The notes beneath the pieces were generated by a model. It saw only the letters and a list, made by a program, of their open reading frames with translations. It was not told the DNA's origin and did not search any database. This document shows, piece by piece, positions 44,972-55,457 of a stretch of DNA of 64,000 bases. The stretch spans positions 1,185 through 65,184 of the forward strand of contig JBPOJQ010000008.1 in NCBI GenBank assembly GCA_052033375.1, given 5' to 3'. The position numbers and the translations under genes were made by a program. This stretch comes from Candidatus Magasanikiibacteriota bacterium. GTDB taxonomy: Bacteria; Patescibacteriota; Patescibacteriia; Magasanikbacterales; UBA922. Within the stretch, counting starts at the first letter, position 1, and each line of letters starts with the position of its first letter.

Positions 44972-47245
44972 TTAAAAATTTTTGAGAGCCCATGAGGCAA
45001 ATCGATGTGGCTCATCAAATCGAGATTCACTGCCGAAATCAGGATTTCCCATGGTGAGTACTATGAATTTTTTGCCATCAGTATTCCTCTCAATCAGCAT
45101 GACGAGACAACTCCCTGATTCATAGAGAAAACCAGTCTTACTGGCGAGAATCGTGTAGGGAATATTCCGTCTGAGGAGGCCATTACTGTGTGTTTCAGTA
45201 TGAGTGACTGTGGTGTCTGCACTGGAGATTTCATTATACGTATATCGTGTGGTGCCGAGCACTGAGGCTATCGTAGCATTTTTGAGTGTTTCGCGGAATA
45301 GTGTGAGAACTTCGCGCGGAGTTCCCTGGTTATTCGGATCATATCCATACGAATCAGTGAACGTCATTTCAGTCAATCCTAATTTCTCTGCCTCGGTAGT
45401 CATAAGTTTTGCAAAAGCAGGGACTGTATAGCCGAGGCTGTCGACGAGCATGACTGACGCTGTATTATTCGATCCGATAAGCATGGAATAGAGAATATCT
45501 TTGTTTTGGATGCTGTCACCTTCGGCCACTGGAAAATTGTGATATGCAGATTTGTGTGCCGATGCTGTGTAGGTGGTAGACTCAGAGAGTGGTAATTTCT
45601 GGTCCATGAGAATATGCGCGGTCATGAGTTTGGTGAGAGAAGCGAGGGGGCGTACAGTATCGATATTTTTACCCGCAAGAATAGTCCCTGATTCATCAGC
45701 GAGAATATATGAATCTATGGGCGTTTCAAATGTGGTGCCAATGAAAGAGACACGATCCGAAGGGGTGACTACCATGTAATCGACTGGTTTTTTGGTATTG
45801 GTATTCGTTGTAGGGGGTACAGTGGTGGTTGGCGGTGTATTGACTACAGTCTGTGATGAGTGGTTGCTTGAGGATGGTTTCAGGTAGATAGGTTCTCCTG
45901 TTTCATGAGCCATGCCCACATACTCACTTACCCATACCACATTTTTCATATTAAATCCTAGTCCATGAAATACCTCCTCATTTGCGATATGTCGTTTTTT
46001 GCCTTTTTCAACTACATATATTTCATTGAATCCCGTGATGCCAAATATGGTACCATCTTTGAGGATTACCGGTGGACCAAAGGTTGCTTGAAGTGTCCCT
46101 AGTTGTTCGGTGGAGAGTTTTTCAAGTGTGAGATGAGGGAAATTAATGTTGAGAATTGCACGGTCAAAAATTGGATGCATCAATCCATTATCTACGAAAT
46201 ACAAATTTTTTGATTCTTTGACTTCAATAATTCGACCGAGAGGTGCGCTAGCCCCCGTTCCTTCGATGGTTTTGCCCAAGATATAGGAATCCAGATCGCT
46301 TGCATTGACTTCAATAATTTCATCTGGATTATATCCGATTTGTCTGAGAGTGTCGGCACTCGCAAATGGGCGTTTGAAATCATAATCGAGCAAGTAGTAG
46401 GTAGATCCATCAAACGCGATTGAATAGTTTGGCAATGAAATATTTTTTCCATCAGCGTAACGTGAGAGTTCACTCACGGGAACTGTAAGTATTAATTTTG
46501 GGTCAAATCGAGTAGCGAGAGCGCTCATGCTAGTAAATCGTCGTTTTTCTCCATCCTGGATCAGATATACATCAGGAGAATCTGTTGTCTTGATAACCGA
46601 TCCGTCCGGGTATACTTGATCAAACCATTCTTGCCATAATTTCCAAAAATTAAGGTTGCCGTGAATGTGTGGTGTATAGGTGTAGAGAAATGCGGTCGCA
46701 AAATTTGCAGGAACTACGGGTGTACTATCGATGAGATAGGTATTTGCAGGACGTTTGATCCAATTCTCAGATCCTACGTTATCATAATACCAGCGGATAA
46801 TACCCGCAGCGCTGTCGACCTGTGTGCCGAATCCTTTGTGTTTCTGGATGTTTGGATCATCCATTGAACAGCTGTCACACACACCATATCCGGTTGCCCA
46901 ATCCAATTGTTTTTGTGTTGGGCTGTCTTCAGTAATGAGACTTTGCTCCTTTTGGAGTTTTACCAATACATATTTTGGATTAATCTTATTATCCACAGCA
47001 GCGCGATAGATGATGTCAGATACAGGGCGTTCAATTCCATCTTTATCTGCGGTAGTGAGGTTGGCAATATAGCTTCCTTTATCAGTAAGAAACGCCTGAA
47101 TATCTTCACGATTCATACTCTGCCAGTTTTGCATTTCTTCATCACTGAGAAGATAATTCGGGTCAAATGTCGCAGTGTAGAGCGAGCTCGGCAGGATGAG
47201 TGAGAGTGAGATAAAACTTAAAAAAGCCTTATTATATAATTTCAT
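44972..47245 (-). CDS. Secreted protein with C-terminal D-alanyl-D-alanine carboxypeptidase (peptidase S11, PBP5-like) domain
   Basis: Signal peptide; ~480-aa N-terminal region of unknown function; Thr/Pro linker; C-terminal SxxK (LASLTK), SxN (IGSNN), KTG (SKTGF). Confidence 0.65.
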   Translation of the reverse strand: MKLYNKAFLSFISLSLILPSSLYTATFDPNYLLSDEEMQNWQSMNREDIQAFLTDKGSYIANLTTADKDGIERPVSDIIYRAAVDNKINPKYVLVKLQKEQSLITEDSPTQKQLDWATGYGVCDSCSMDDPNIQKHKGFGTQVDSAAGIIRWYYDNVGSENWIKRPANTYLIDSTPVVPANFATAFLYTYTPHIHGNLNFWKLWQEWFDQVYPDGSVIKTTDSPDVYLIQDGEKRRFTSMSALATRFDPKLILTVPVSELSRYADGKNISLPNYSIAFDGSTYYLLDYDFKRPFASADTLRQIGYNPDEIIEVNASDLDSYILGKTIEGTGASAPLGRIIEVKESKNLYFVDNGLMHPIFDRAILNINFPHLTLEKLSTEQLGTLQATFGPPVILKDGTIFGITGFNEIYVVEKGKKRHIANEEVFHGLGFNMKNVVWVSEYVGMAHETGEPIYLKPSSSNHSSQTVVNTPPTTTVPPTTNTNTKKPVDYMVVTPSDRVSFIGTTFETPIDSYILADESGTILAGKNIDTVRPLASLTKLMTAHILMDQKLPLSESTTYTASAHKSAYHNFPVAEGDSIQNKDILYSMLIGSNNTASVMLVDSLGYTVPAFAKLMTTEAEKLGLTEMTFTDSYGYDPNNQGTPREVLTLFRETLKNATIASVLGTTRYTYNEISSADTTVTHTETHSNGLLRRNIPYTILASKTGFLYESGSCLVMLIERNTDGKKFIVLTMGNPDFGSESRFDEPHRFASWALKNF

Positions 47246-47395
47246 AGGGGTATTAATTATGAACAAGGGTTAGTATAGCAAAGAATTCATGAGTGCTCCA
47301 ATATGGAACAAAGGACTTTGGCAAAAGAGCTAGATTGAGCTATATAAAGAATAGATTAAGCCGGAATTAGCCGGTAAAAGGAAGGGGGTTCGTTA

Positions 47396-47533
47396 TGTTC
47401 GAATGGCTGCATGATCTGTGGGAAAACTTGGTGGCTTTGGCGGGGATCGTCATCTTCGGAGGAGTGGTCGTCATCGCCTTCGGTCCCAAGCGTGTTCTCG
47501 TGCTAACTCACGCACTGTTGACCATGAGGTAGT
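47396..47533 (+). CDS. 45-aa hydrophobic peptide in mini high-GC islet
   Basis: GGAAGGGGG SD 6 nt before ATG; MFEWLHDLWENLVALAGIVIFGGVVVIAFGPKRVLVLTHALLTMR; GC-rich; hairpin terminator follows. Confidence 0.3.
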
Positions 47534-47559
47534 TCCGCACGTATCGACCGAAGGATGGT

Positions 47560-47592
47560 AGCCCCTGTATCTCAATACAGGGGCGTTCGTTT
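47560..47592 (+). terminator. Rho-independent terminator after the mini-ORF
   Basis: CCCCTGTA-TCTCAA-TACAGGGG then CGTTCGTTTTTT. Confidence 0.7.
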
Positions 47593-47653
47593 TTTATGTT
47601 GCATTTTATTTACTTTTAGCTCTTTTTCTGCTACGATGTGGATACTTTATACT

Positions 47654-48334
47654 ATGGAAACACCTGGAATACTCTATATAGTAGCCACTCCAATCGGAAA
47701 CATGACTGATATTTCTAGTCGAGCTCTTGAGGTACTCGGTTCCGTAGATGTGATCCTTTGTGAGGATACTCGAGTCACCGCGAATCTGCTCACCAGGTAT
47801 AATTTGAAAAAAGAAACAAAAAGTTATCATCACCATTCAACTGATGCGGTGATTAATGAAATTATTGAGCTTTTGAGAAGTGGAAAGACTCTTGCGTGCG
47901 TGTCTGATGCAGGTACTCCAGGGATTAGTGATCCAGGGAATATTCTGGTTTCAAAAGTTCGTGAAGCACTCCCAGAATGCCAAATAATTCCGATTCCAGG
48001 AGCAAGTGCCGTAATTTCAGCTCTTTCAGTATCAGGTTTCCCCACAGATAAATTTTTGTTCCTCGGTTTTCCACCGCACAAGAAAGGTAGAAAATCTTTT
48101 TTTGAGGAAGTGGCTAACGCTGAATACACAGTAGCATTCTATGAATCAAATCATAGGATCAAAAAATGTATTGATGAGCTTGCTCATGTCCTTGAAAGTA
48201 CAAGACAGGTAGTTTTCTGTCGTGAACTTACCAAAAAATTTGAAACAACATATGTAGGAACGATTGAACAAATTAAAGACATGAATATTTCAGAAAAAGG
48301 GGAGTTTGTAGTAATCGTACGAGGTAAAAGATAA
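47654..48334 (+). CDS. rsmI: 16S rRNA (cytidine1402-2'-O)-methyltransferase
   Basis: LYIVATPIGNMTDIS...ILCEDTRVTANLL and tetrapyrrole-methylase-like fold; ATG 47654 (METPG) preferred over 47555. Confidence 0.85.
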   Translation: METPGILYIVATPIGNMTDISSRALEVLGSVDVILCEDTRVTANLLTRYNLKKETKSYHHHSTDAVINEIIELLRSGKTLACVSDAGTPGISDPGNILVSKVREALPECQIIPIPGASAVISALSVSGFPTDKFLFLGFPPHKKGRKSFFEEVANAEYTVAFYESNHRIKKCIDELAHVLESTRQVVFCRELTKKFETTYVGTIEQIKDMNISEKGEFVVIVRGKR

Positions 48335-48344
48335 ACACTATATT

Positions 48345-49877
48345 ATGAAAACAAAAAAACCATTCTACATTTCAACTGCAATTCCATACGTGAATGCCAA
48401 ACCTCATATAGGGTACGCTTTAGAATGTGTGCAGACGGATGCAAGAGCACGTTTTGAACGACTACAAGGTCGCGATGTATTTTTTTTGACTGGAACAGAT
48501 GAGAACTCGCTCAAGAATGTTCAGGCTGCAGAAAAAGCAGGTGAGAAGGTAGAAAAATTTGTTGATGAACATGCAGAAAATTTTAAAGAATTAAAAACTA
48601 TCCTCAATATTTCCTACAATGATTTTATTCGAACGACTGAAAAACGGCATTTTGATGGAGCACAAAAACTTTGGGAAAAGTTCAAACCAGAAGACGTATA
48701 CAAAAAAGAATACAAAGGATTGTACTGTGTTGGGTGCGAAGCATTTTACACCGAAGAAGAGTTGATTGATGGAACATTGTGCCCTGAACACAAAAAACCA
48801 GTTGAAATTGTGGAAGAAGAAAATTATTTTTTTAAACTGGGTAACTATTCAAAACAACTTCGAGAACTAGTTGAAAAAAACGTGATCAAAATCTATCCAG
48901 AAGCTCGCAAAAACGAGTGGCTCGCATTTATTGATCGCGGACTCGAGGATTTTAGTATTTCACGCTCGATTGAACGCGCACATGGCTGGGGAGTACCAGT
49001 CCCAGGGGACGAATCACAGATTATGTATGTGTGGGTCGACGCGCTTTCAAACTATATAACAGCGCTTGGGTATGGTGGCGACGAAAAGAAGTATGATACA
49101 TATTGGGTACAAGAAAAAGATAGACAAGTAGCGCATGTAATCGGAAAAGGAATCGGTAAATTCCACGTACTCTACTGGCCAGCATTCTTGCTCTCAGCAG
49201 GAGTTCCGTTGCCAACTGAAATTTTCATTCATGGCTACGTCACAGTCGAAGGAGAAAAAATTAGTAAGTCTCTTGGTAATGTAATCGATCCTGGTGAAGT
49301 GGTAGAGAAATATGGGATTGACGCCACTCGCTATTATCTCCTCGGTGCAATTCCTGCCGCACAGGACGGTGATTTCTCATACGCACGATTTGAAGAATTC
49401 TATACAGCACATCTCGCAAACGGAATTGGAAACCTCACGCACCGAATTCTCACCATGCTGGAGAAATATACTGACAACAAAATTCCAGAAAAAAATACTG
49501 AAGATATTTTTGGTGTAGAAACATTTTGGAAAGACTATATTTCGTCATTTGAAAATTATTCATTTGATGAAGTAACTCAACATATCAATAAACTGACAAC
49601 ACAAATCGATACTGCAATTTCAACGTACAAACCATGGGAAAAAGCAAAAGCAGGGGAAAATATTACGGGTCATTTATATCAAATTTCAGAAGGATTGTTT
49701 CATCTCGGAGTAGCATTACTACCTTTAATTCCTTCTGCTGCAGAAAAAATTCTTACGTCACTTGGGATAGATTCAAAAGATGTGGTGTTATCTGAAATTA
49801 CGAAGTGGGGGAATCTAGAAACAGGGCACCAGACGAAGAAAGGTGAGCCGGTTTTTCCGAGATTGGAAAAGAAATAA
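48345..49877 (+). CDS. metG: Methionine--tRNA ligase
   Basis: HIGH-type PHIGYA, KMSKS-type KISKSLGN, anticodon-binding C-terminal domain. Confidence 0.9.
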   Translation: MKTKKPFYISTAIPYVNAKPHIGYALECVQTDARARFERLQGRDVFFLTGTDENSLKNVQAAEKAGEKVEKFVDEHAENFKELKTILNISYNDFIRTTEKRHFDGAQKLWEKFKPEDVYKKEYKGLYCVGCEAFYTEEELIDGTLCPEHKKPVEIVEEENYFFKLGNYSKQLRELVEKNVIKIYPEARKNEWLAFIDRGLEDFSISRSIERAHGWGVPVPGDESQIMYVWVDALSNYITALGYGGDEKKYDTYWVQEKDRQVAHVIGKGIGKFHVLYWPAFLLSAGVPLPTEIFIHGYVTVEGEKISKSLGNVIDPGEVVEKYGIDATRYYLLGAIPAAQDGDFSYARFEEFYTAHLANGIGNLTHRILTMLEKYTDNKIPEKNTEDIFGVETFWKDYISSFENYSFDEVTQHINKLTTQIDTAISTYKPWEKAKAGENITGHLYQISEGLFHLGVALLPLIPSAAEKILTSLGIDSKDVVLSEITKWGNLETGHQTKKGEPVFPRLEKK

Positions 49878-49919
49878 AATATACGCAACAAAAATCAAAA
49901 AACTAATTTTAAATAGTTT

Positions 49920-50744
49920 ATGGACATAGTATCTACGACCACAATTAGTGCCTTTGAACTAATTAATTTCTCAAAAGATATTGCACAGCTTAATTTAGGT
50001 TATTTGGGTATTGCAGTTACAATCCTTGGAATACTAGGGGTAGTCTTTGTTTATTTTAATATTAAACCACTGAAAGATACTCTTAATAAGCAGGAAAGTA
50101 CTATTGAAAATCTAAAGAAAGAAGCTCAAGAGTTACTGGATAAATCAGATATAAAAACTCAAAGTACACTAGAAAGTTTTGAAAAAAAACAATTATTATC
50201 ATTATCTAACTTGTTTGAGCAACAAAAAGAGAATATTAGCCTGGAGGTAAGTAATAAAATTCAAACTTCGGAAAACGTTTTGCTAGGGAAAATAGACTCA
50301 ATATCGAATGAAAAAGATTTAAGTTTAAAAGAAATACTTTTATCAGAAATGACTAACAAAATTCTCTCTCTCGAAAAATCTCTAGCTCTTACAATAGAAG
50401 AATCCAATAAGACGTACAATAAAGAGTTCTTATTATTTAAGAACAAGGTTGATGCAGATATTTTAGAATTGAAAGCTTACAAATATGATAAGGAAGGTAA
50501 GATGGGTGGAATAATTTTTAGCATTCAAGCTATTGAGAATTGTATAAAAAATGAGCCTTATTTATTAGAATTTAAGTTAAAGGATCTGAAAGAAATTATT
50601 GGAAACTATACTATAGATCCCGAACTTTTTATTCGGCTAAAAGGAGTGCTTAACGCTGCTAAAGAAAAAAAAGATCAAAAGCTCGATACACTTATAGAGG
50701 AAATACAAGCTTTGATTACTGTTCAAAGTAAACCACAAATATAG
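49920..50744 (+). CDS. Membrane-anchored coiled-coil protein, hypothetical
   Basis: One N-terminal TM (LGYLGIAVTILGILGVVFVYF), K/E/L/I-rich heptad-like remainder; very AT-rich. Confidence 0.4.
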   Translation: MDIVSTTTISAFELINFSKDIAQLNLGYLGIAVTILGILGVVFVYFNIKPLKDTLNKQESTIENLKKEAQELLDKSDIKTQSTLESFEKKQLLSLSNLFEQQKENISLEVSNKIQTSENVLLGKIDSISNEKDLSLKEILLSEMTNKILSLEKSLALTIEESNKTYNKEFLLFKNKVDADILELKAYKYDKEGKMGGIIFSIQAIENCIKNEPYLLEFKLKDLKEIIGNYTIDPELFIRLKGVLNAAKEKKDQKLDTLIEEIQALITVQSKPQI

Positions 50745-50789
50745 TTTGCTCTTTGAATAATTTTTTTAAAATAGACCCATATTAATGTT

Positions 50790-51323
50790 ATGAACTTCCT
50801 CGACATTATAATCATCATCACCGTCGCCATATTCGCTCTTATGGGATTATGGCTCGGACTACTGCACACGATAGGTTCTCTCTTTGGGCTGGTGGTCGGA
50901 GCATATATTGCAAGTAGATATTATGAAGGTGGGGCACAGTGGCTCATACATACGACTGGCTGGGGAGAAAATGTATCGCGCGTACTCGTGTTTATTGCAA
51001 TATTCTTTGTCATTACACGTGCAATCGGTGCTGTATTCTGGTTATTTGGAAAAATAGGGGGAGCCATCATACCAATACCATTCAAGCAAGCACTAAATCG
51101 ATTTCTCGGTATGATTGTAGGAGCTACTGAGGGGGTGCTCACGATTGGACTTGTACTCTACTTTATAGACAAATTTCCACTGGGCGATCGTGTGATGGAT
51201 TCGATCCTCACCTCTGTGTTTGCGCCGTCGGTAATTGCATTCGCCTCAATTCTTATTCCATTATTTCCTGAAGCACTAAGAGTGCTTGAGACGACGATAG
51301 ATAAAATAGAAAACTCACTATGA
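50790..51323 (+). CDS. cvpA: CvpA-family membrane protein
   Basis: MNFLDIIIIITVAIFALMGLWLGL start and four TM helices. Confidence 0.7.
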   Translation: MNFLDIIIIITVAIFALMGLWLGLLHTIGSLFGLVVGAYIASRYYEGGAQWLIHTTGWGENVSRVLVFIAIFFVITRAIGAVFWLFGKIGGAIIPIPFKQALNRFLGMIVGATEGVLTIGLVLYFIDKFPLGDRVMDSILTSVFAPSVIAFASILIPLFPEALRVLETTIDKIENSL

Positions 51324-52180
51324 CAATCGACACACATTGCCATATTCATTTCAAAGCATTTGAGAATAATCGAGACGAAGTGGTCGCTCGATGCAAGGAA
51401 AAAGAAATGATACTCAATCTGGTCGGTACACAGCAGAGCACCAGTAAAAAAGGTGTTGAAATGGCTGAAAAGTACGATTGGATGTATGCGACCATTGGGC
51501 TTCATCCGATCCATATTCACGAGGTGGACGTACATGAAGAAACAACGAATTTTACGTCGCGGGGGGAAGATTTTGATCCAGAGTTTTATCGTGAACTCGC
51601 GAAAAATCCGCGAGTAATCGCAGTGGGGGAAACAGGACTCGATAAATTTCATATTCCAAAAGACCAGTCAGAAGAATTAATCCTTTCGGCGCAAAAAGAA
51701 GTGTTTAAAAAACATTATGATGTGGCGAGTGAGTTCGGTCTACCACTCGTGATGCATGTACGAGATGCGCATAATGAAATGATTGAACTATTGCGAGAAA
51801 TTAAAAAAGAAAAAGGATCACTCATTCGTGGGGTAGTACATTGTTATACTGGAAATTGGGCGGAAGCAGAGCAGTATCTCGAGCTTGGGTTTAATCTCGG
51901 TTTTACTGGGGTGGTTACGTTTCCTGCAAAGAAGACCAATCCACAGCCACAACTAGAGCTTGAGAAAGTGTTACAGAATATTCCACTTGATCGTATTTTG
52001 GTTGAAACTGATGCGCCATTCCTCGCTCCGCAGGCCTACAGAGGAGAACAGTGTGAACCATGGATGGTTGAGGAAGTGATCAAAAAATTTGCGACAGTCA
52101 GGGGTCTCAGTATTGATGAGATGACTAGTCAAATTAATAAAAATACGCTAGACTTATTCAGTAAAATTAAAATTATATAA
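51320..52180 (+). CDS. tatD: TatD-family metal-dependent hydrolase
   Basis: IDTHCHIH, GETGLD, HVRDAH, HCYTG, ETDAPFLAP motifs; overlaps cvpA by 4 nt. Confidence 0.85.
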   Translation: MTIDTHCHIHFKAFENNRDEVVARCKEKEMILNLVGTQQSTSKKGVEMAEKYDWMYATIGLHPIHIHEVDVHEETTNFTSRGEDFDPEFYRELAKNPRVIAVGETGLDKFHIPKDQSEELILSAQKEVFKKHYDVASEFGLPLVMHVRDAHNEMIELLREIKKEKGSLIRGVVHCYTGNWAEAEQYLELGFNLGFTGVVTFPAKKTNPQPQLELEKVLQNIPLDRILVETDAPFLAPQAYRGEQCEPWMVEEVIKKFATVRGLSIDEMTSQINKNTLDLFSKIKII

Positions 52181-52259
52181 CTTTTTTCACATGATTCACG
52201 CGGAAGCATGGATCTGATATCCCCGTTTGCTACGAGGATGATGGTGGAATACTAAAACT

Positions 52260-53192
52260 ATGCTAGAAGCTATATTGATAATAATGGGGCTCGTCGTATT
52301 CGAAGTTATTAGCTCGATTGACAATGCAATCGTGAATGCTCATGTATTGAAAACGTTACCTGAAAGGTTTAGAAAAATTTTTTTGGTGTGGGGATTACTT
52401 CTCGCTGTAGTAGTCGTCCGCGGTGTACTACCGTTTGCAATCATCTGGATTGCCAACCCTGCAATGGGGTTGGGGGAAGTGTGGGGAGTCGCGTTTTCAG
52501 AAGGTGGAATTGGTGATGCGCTTGATGAGTCGCGTCCGTTATTGTTGTTGGGTGGCGGAATGTATCTGATTATGGTGTTTCTCGGGTGGTTGTTTTTGGA
52601 AGAAAAAAAATACGCATTTTTGGTCGAGCATTTTATTCACCGACAGGGCATGTGGTTTTACTTTATCTCGTCATTATTATTCACGATTGTTATCTGGCTG
52701 TCTCTAAAGACGAATCCTGCGCTTGCGCTTGCGACAGCAATTGGTACGACTGCATACTTCCTGACCGATGGGTTCAAGCGGAATGCTGAAGAGAAGGAAC
52801 GGCAGCTCGTAAGCGGTACCTCGAATATGAGTGCGTGGAGCAAGATTCTCTATCTTGAAATTCTTGATGCGTCATTTTCGATTGATGGTGTTATCGGAGC
52901 ATTTGCATTCACGATGTCTGTTCCGTTAATTCTTATCGGGAACGGTATTGGTGCATTTGTCGTTCGAGAGTTTACTATCAAAGGAATTAATTTGATTTCA
53001 AAATACGCATATTTGAAAAATGGAGCAATGTATTCAATTGGCGTTCTTGGAACTATTATGGCACTTGAGGCATTTCATGTGCATGTGCCATTCTGGCTTG
53101 CTCCAATGAATACCGTATTCATTGGAGGTCTGTTCTTATTCCTCTCGATAAAAGAGGTACGTATGGCAGAAAAGAAGATCGTCAAAATGTAG
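52260..53192 (+). CDS. TerC/DUF475-family integral membrane protein
   Basis: SSIDNAIVNA N-terminal motif and 7-9 TM helices. Confidence 0.55.
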   Translation: MLEAILIIMGLVVFEVISSIDNAIVNAHVLKTLPERFRKIFLVWGLLLAVVVVRGVLPFAIIWIANPAMGLGEVWGVAFSEGGIGDALDESRPLLLLGGGMYLIMVFLGWLFLEEKKYAFLVEHFIHRQGMWFYFISSLLFTIVIWLSLKTNPALALATAIGTTAYFLTDGFKRNAEEKERQLVSGTSNMSAWSKILYLEILDASFSIDGVIGAFAFTMSVPLILIGNGIGAFVVREFTIKGINLISKYAYLKNGAMYSIGVLGTIMALEAFHVHVPFWLAPMNTVFIGGLFLFLSIKEVRMAEKKIVKM

Positions 53193-53315
53193 TACGTGCA
53201 TTTACCCCATGAAGAAAAAAAGGGGTGGTGTGTATATCATGCGTGTTCATACTTGAAATAAATACAGTCCAGGCGTATACTGCGTTGGTCTTTTTTTTAC
53301 GTCCAATACAAAAAT

Positions 53316-55082
53316 ATGAAGAAAATACTCTCAGCGTATCTTTTGCTACTAGGCTCATTGGCAGGCACAATTGTCATTTCACGTTTTTCCCCCGCATTAT
53401 TTTCTCTTTTCGAACACAGTTCGGACGAACACTTGTTAGTGGCTTTTTTCAGTATATCAGTTTTGTGTATTTTGAGTTTTATTATTTACCATCTTTCAGT
53501 AAAAACAATTTTTCCGTCATTCGTGGTGGCAATTTTTTTTGGTATCGCAGCACAGCCATTACTCCAGGGAATTGTATCTGAAAAAAGTTTGCTCAATGTT
53601 GTTGTGGGTGCGGGTGCTACATTGATTTTATTTAGCGGTGGACTTGAGACACCATTTGAAAATTTTAAAAAATTGATTTGGAAAATTCTCTCACTTTCAT
53701 TCGTTGGACTTTTTTTCACCGCAGCAGCATTTTCTTTTGGGGTCGATATCATTGGTAGGGTCGTGGGTGTTGAAGTGCCGATTGTGGTGTCGGTGTTACT
53801 GGGCGCATTACTTGCATCGACCGATCCTGCGGCAATTATACCAATTCTCAAAAAATTAAGATTCAATAAACGGGCCACCAAAGATTTGATTATTTCAGAA
53901 AGCGCAGTGACTGATGTGACTGGCACACTTCTCACGTTGGTATTTTTGGGTGTATTGGCGCATGGTGCGTTATTACCGTCGATCAAAGATGCATATGTGG
54001 GACTATTTACTCGTGATGTAGGGCATGTGCTTTTCGAAGAAATACTCTTCGGTGTAATTTTTGGTGGGATTGGATATCTATTGTTGGATTTTCTTTCAAA
54101 ATTTACGAAAAATGGTGGTGAGGAGTCAGAAGCACATGCGGCGTATTTTTTGTTTGTACCGATTGCTATTTTTACACTCGCAGTGGCGTTTGGGGGAAGT
54201 GGATATCTCGCAGCGTTTGTTGCAGGGTTGTTGTTTGTAATGAGCAAACATCTTCACAATACTGAACGTTTTTTCAATCACACAATTGAAGGTTTTTTTA
54301 AGCCGACCATCTTTATCTTGCTTGGTGCACTGGTAGATCTACAAAGTCTGATTGAGTATGCGGGCATAGGTATTCTTGCATCGCTCTTATTTATGTTTGT
54401 GACACGTCCATTGTCAGTATTTATCGCACTTGGACCATTTTCATTTTTTGGAAAAGAAAGATTTACTCTTCGAGAGTTGTTATTTATTTCATCCGTACGA
54501 GAAACAGGTGCTATTCCCGCAGTGTTGTTGGTAACAGTGGTGAGCATGGGAATTCCGAATCTCGAGGGTCTGGTGCCGATTGGAATGTGGGTTATTCTCG
54601 CTACACTGATTATTGAACCGCCATTGACTCCATTTTTAGCAAAATACCTAAAGGTAGCTGTTCCTATTTCTGATAAAAATGCCCTGACTATTACCAAAGA
54701 GTCACCATTTGTGGTATTGGGATCACGCGGGTACTCATTTATGGAGCGTCTGCCAATGGTCACCGACTGGGCGGTCAAACATCATATATATAGTGTTGTA
54801 TTACTCCATTGTTTGGAGGATAAATATACACCAGAGTTAGCAAAAGATATTGGGGAGCAAGCGGGTGTGCTATTCAAACAGATCAACGAAAAGAGGTCTG
54901 CAGCTGGTGAACACGATATCGATTTCGAATATGTGAGTCGAAAAGGCTTCTTGCAGGATAATATTGATGAATTGTCTAGACAGCGTAGCAATGTGACTAC
55001 TATTTTTGTGGGCAGAAAAGTGCTAGATTTCCGTCTGGAACACATAAAAAAGCTCTCAGTACCTATATTTTTTGTCGATTAA
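53316..55082 (+). CDS. Monovalent cation:proton antiporter (CPA1, NhaP-type) with C-terminal cytoplasmic domain
   Basis: ~12 TM helices with CPA motifs (LLGALLASTDPAAIIPIL; ISESAVTDVTGTLL) plus ~130-aa soluble C-terminus. Confidence 0.65.
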   Translation: MKKILSAYLLLLGSLAGTIVISRFSPALFSLFEHSSDEHLLVAFFSISVLCILSFIIYHLSVKTIFPSFVVAIFFGIAAQPLLQGIVSEKSLLNVVVGAGATLILFSGGLETPFENFKKLIWKILSLSFVGLFFTAAAFSFGVDIIGRVVGVEVPIVVSVLLGALLASTDPAAIIPILKKLRFNKRATKDLIISESAVTDVTGTLLTLVFLGVLAHGALLPSIKDAYVGLFTRDVGHVLFEEILFGVIFGGIGYLLLDFLSKFTKNGGEESEAHAAYFLFVPIAIFTLAVAFGGSGYLAAFVAGLLFVMSKHLHNTERFFNHTIEGFFKPTIFILLGALVDLQSLIEYAGIGILASLLFMFVTRPLSVFIALGPFSFFGKERFTLRELLFISSVRETGAIPAVLLVTVVSMGIPNLEGLVPIGMWVILATLIIEPPLTPFLAKYLKVAVPISDKNALTITKESPFVVLGSRGYSFMERLPMVTDWAVKHHIYSVVLLHCLEDKYTPELAKDIGEQAGVLFKQINEKRSAAGEHDIDFEYVSRKGFLQDNIDELSRQRSNVTTIFVGRKVLDFRLEHIKKLSVPIFFVD

Positions 55083-55178
55083 GGGTCTCCAGGGTGAAAA
55101 AGAAGGGTATGGGTGGGGATAAATACAAAATTATATTGACAGATTGGGTAATTTCATCTACACTTGAGGGCGCTTTCT

Positions 55179-55454
55179 ATGGAAACCCCAAACCCTAAAA
55201 AAACGACTGATCGAGAGTATATACTGCTTGGTTTGTCTATCATCGGGGACTTCGGAGCAACCATTGCAGTACCTGTCGTCGTCTTTGTTCTCATAGGACA
55301 ATGGCTCGAAGGAAAATACGGATATGCACCATGGTTTACGGTCACCGCATTTGTACTCGCAGCACTGCTCTCAGGAAGAATGATTTATACGAAAGCAAAG
55401 GAATACAACGCGAAATATCAAGCAATAGAAAAAAGTAAGACTGAAAATAAATAA
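55179..55454 (+). CDS. ATP synthase protein I/AtpZ-like small membrane protein
   Basis: Two TM helices and basic tail, immediately upstream of atpB; ATG 55179 preferred over TTG 55164. Confidence 0.5.
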   Translation: METPNPKKTTDREYILLGLSIIGDFGATIAVPVVVFVLIGQWLEGKYGYAPWFTVTAFVLAALLSGRMIYTKAKEYNAKYQAIEKSKTENK

Positions 55455-55457
55455 GAT

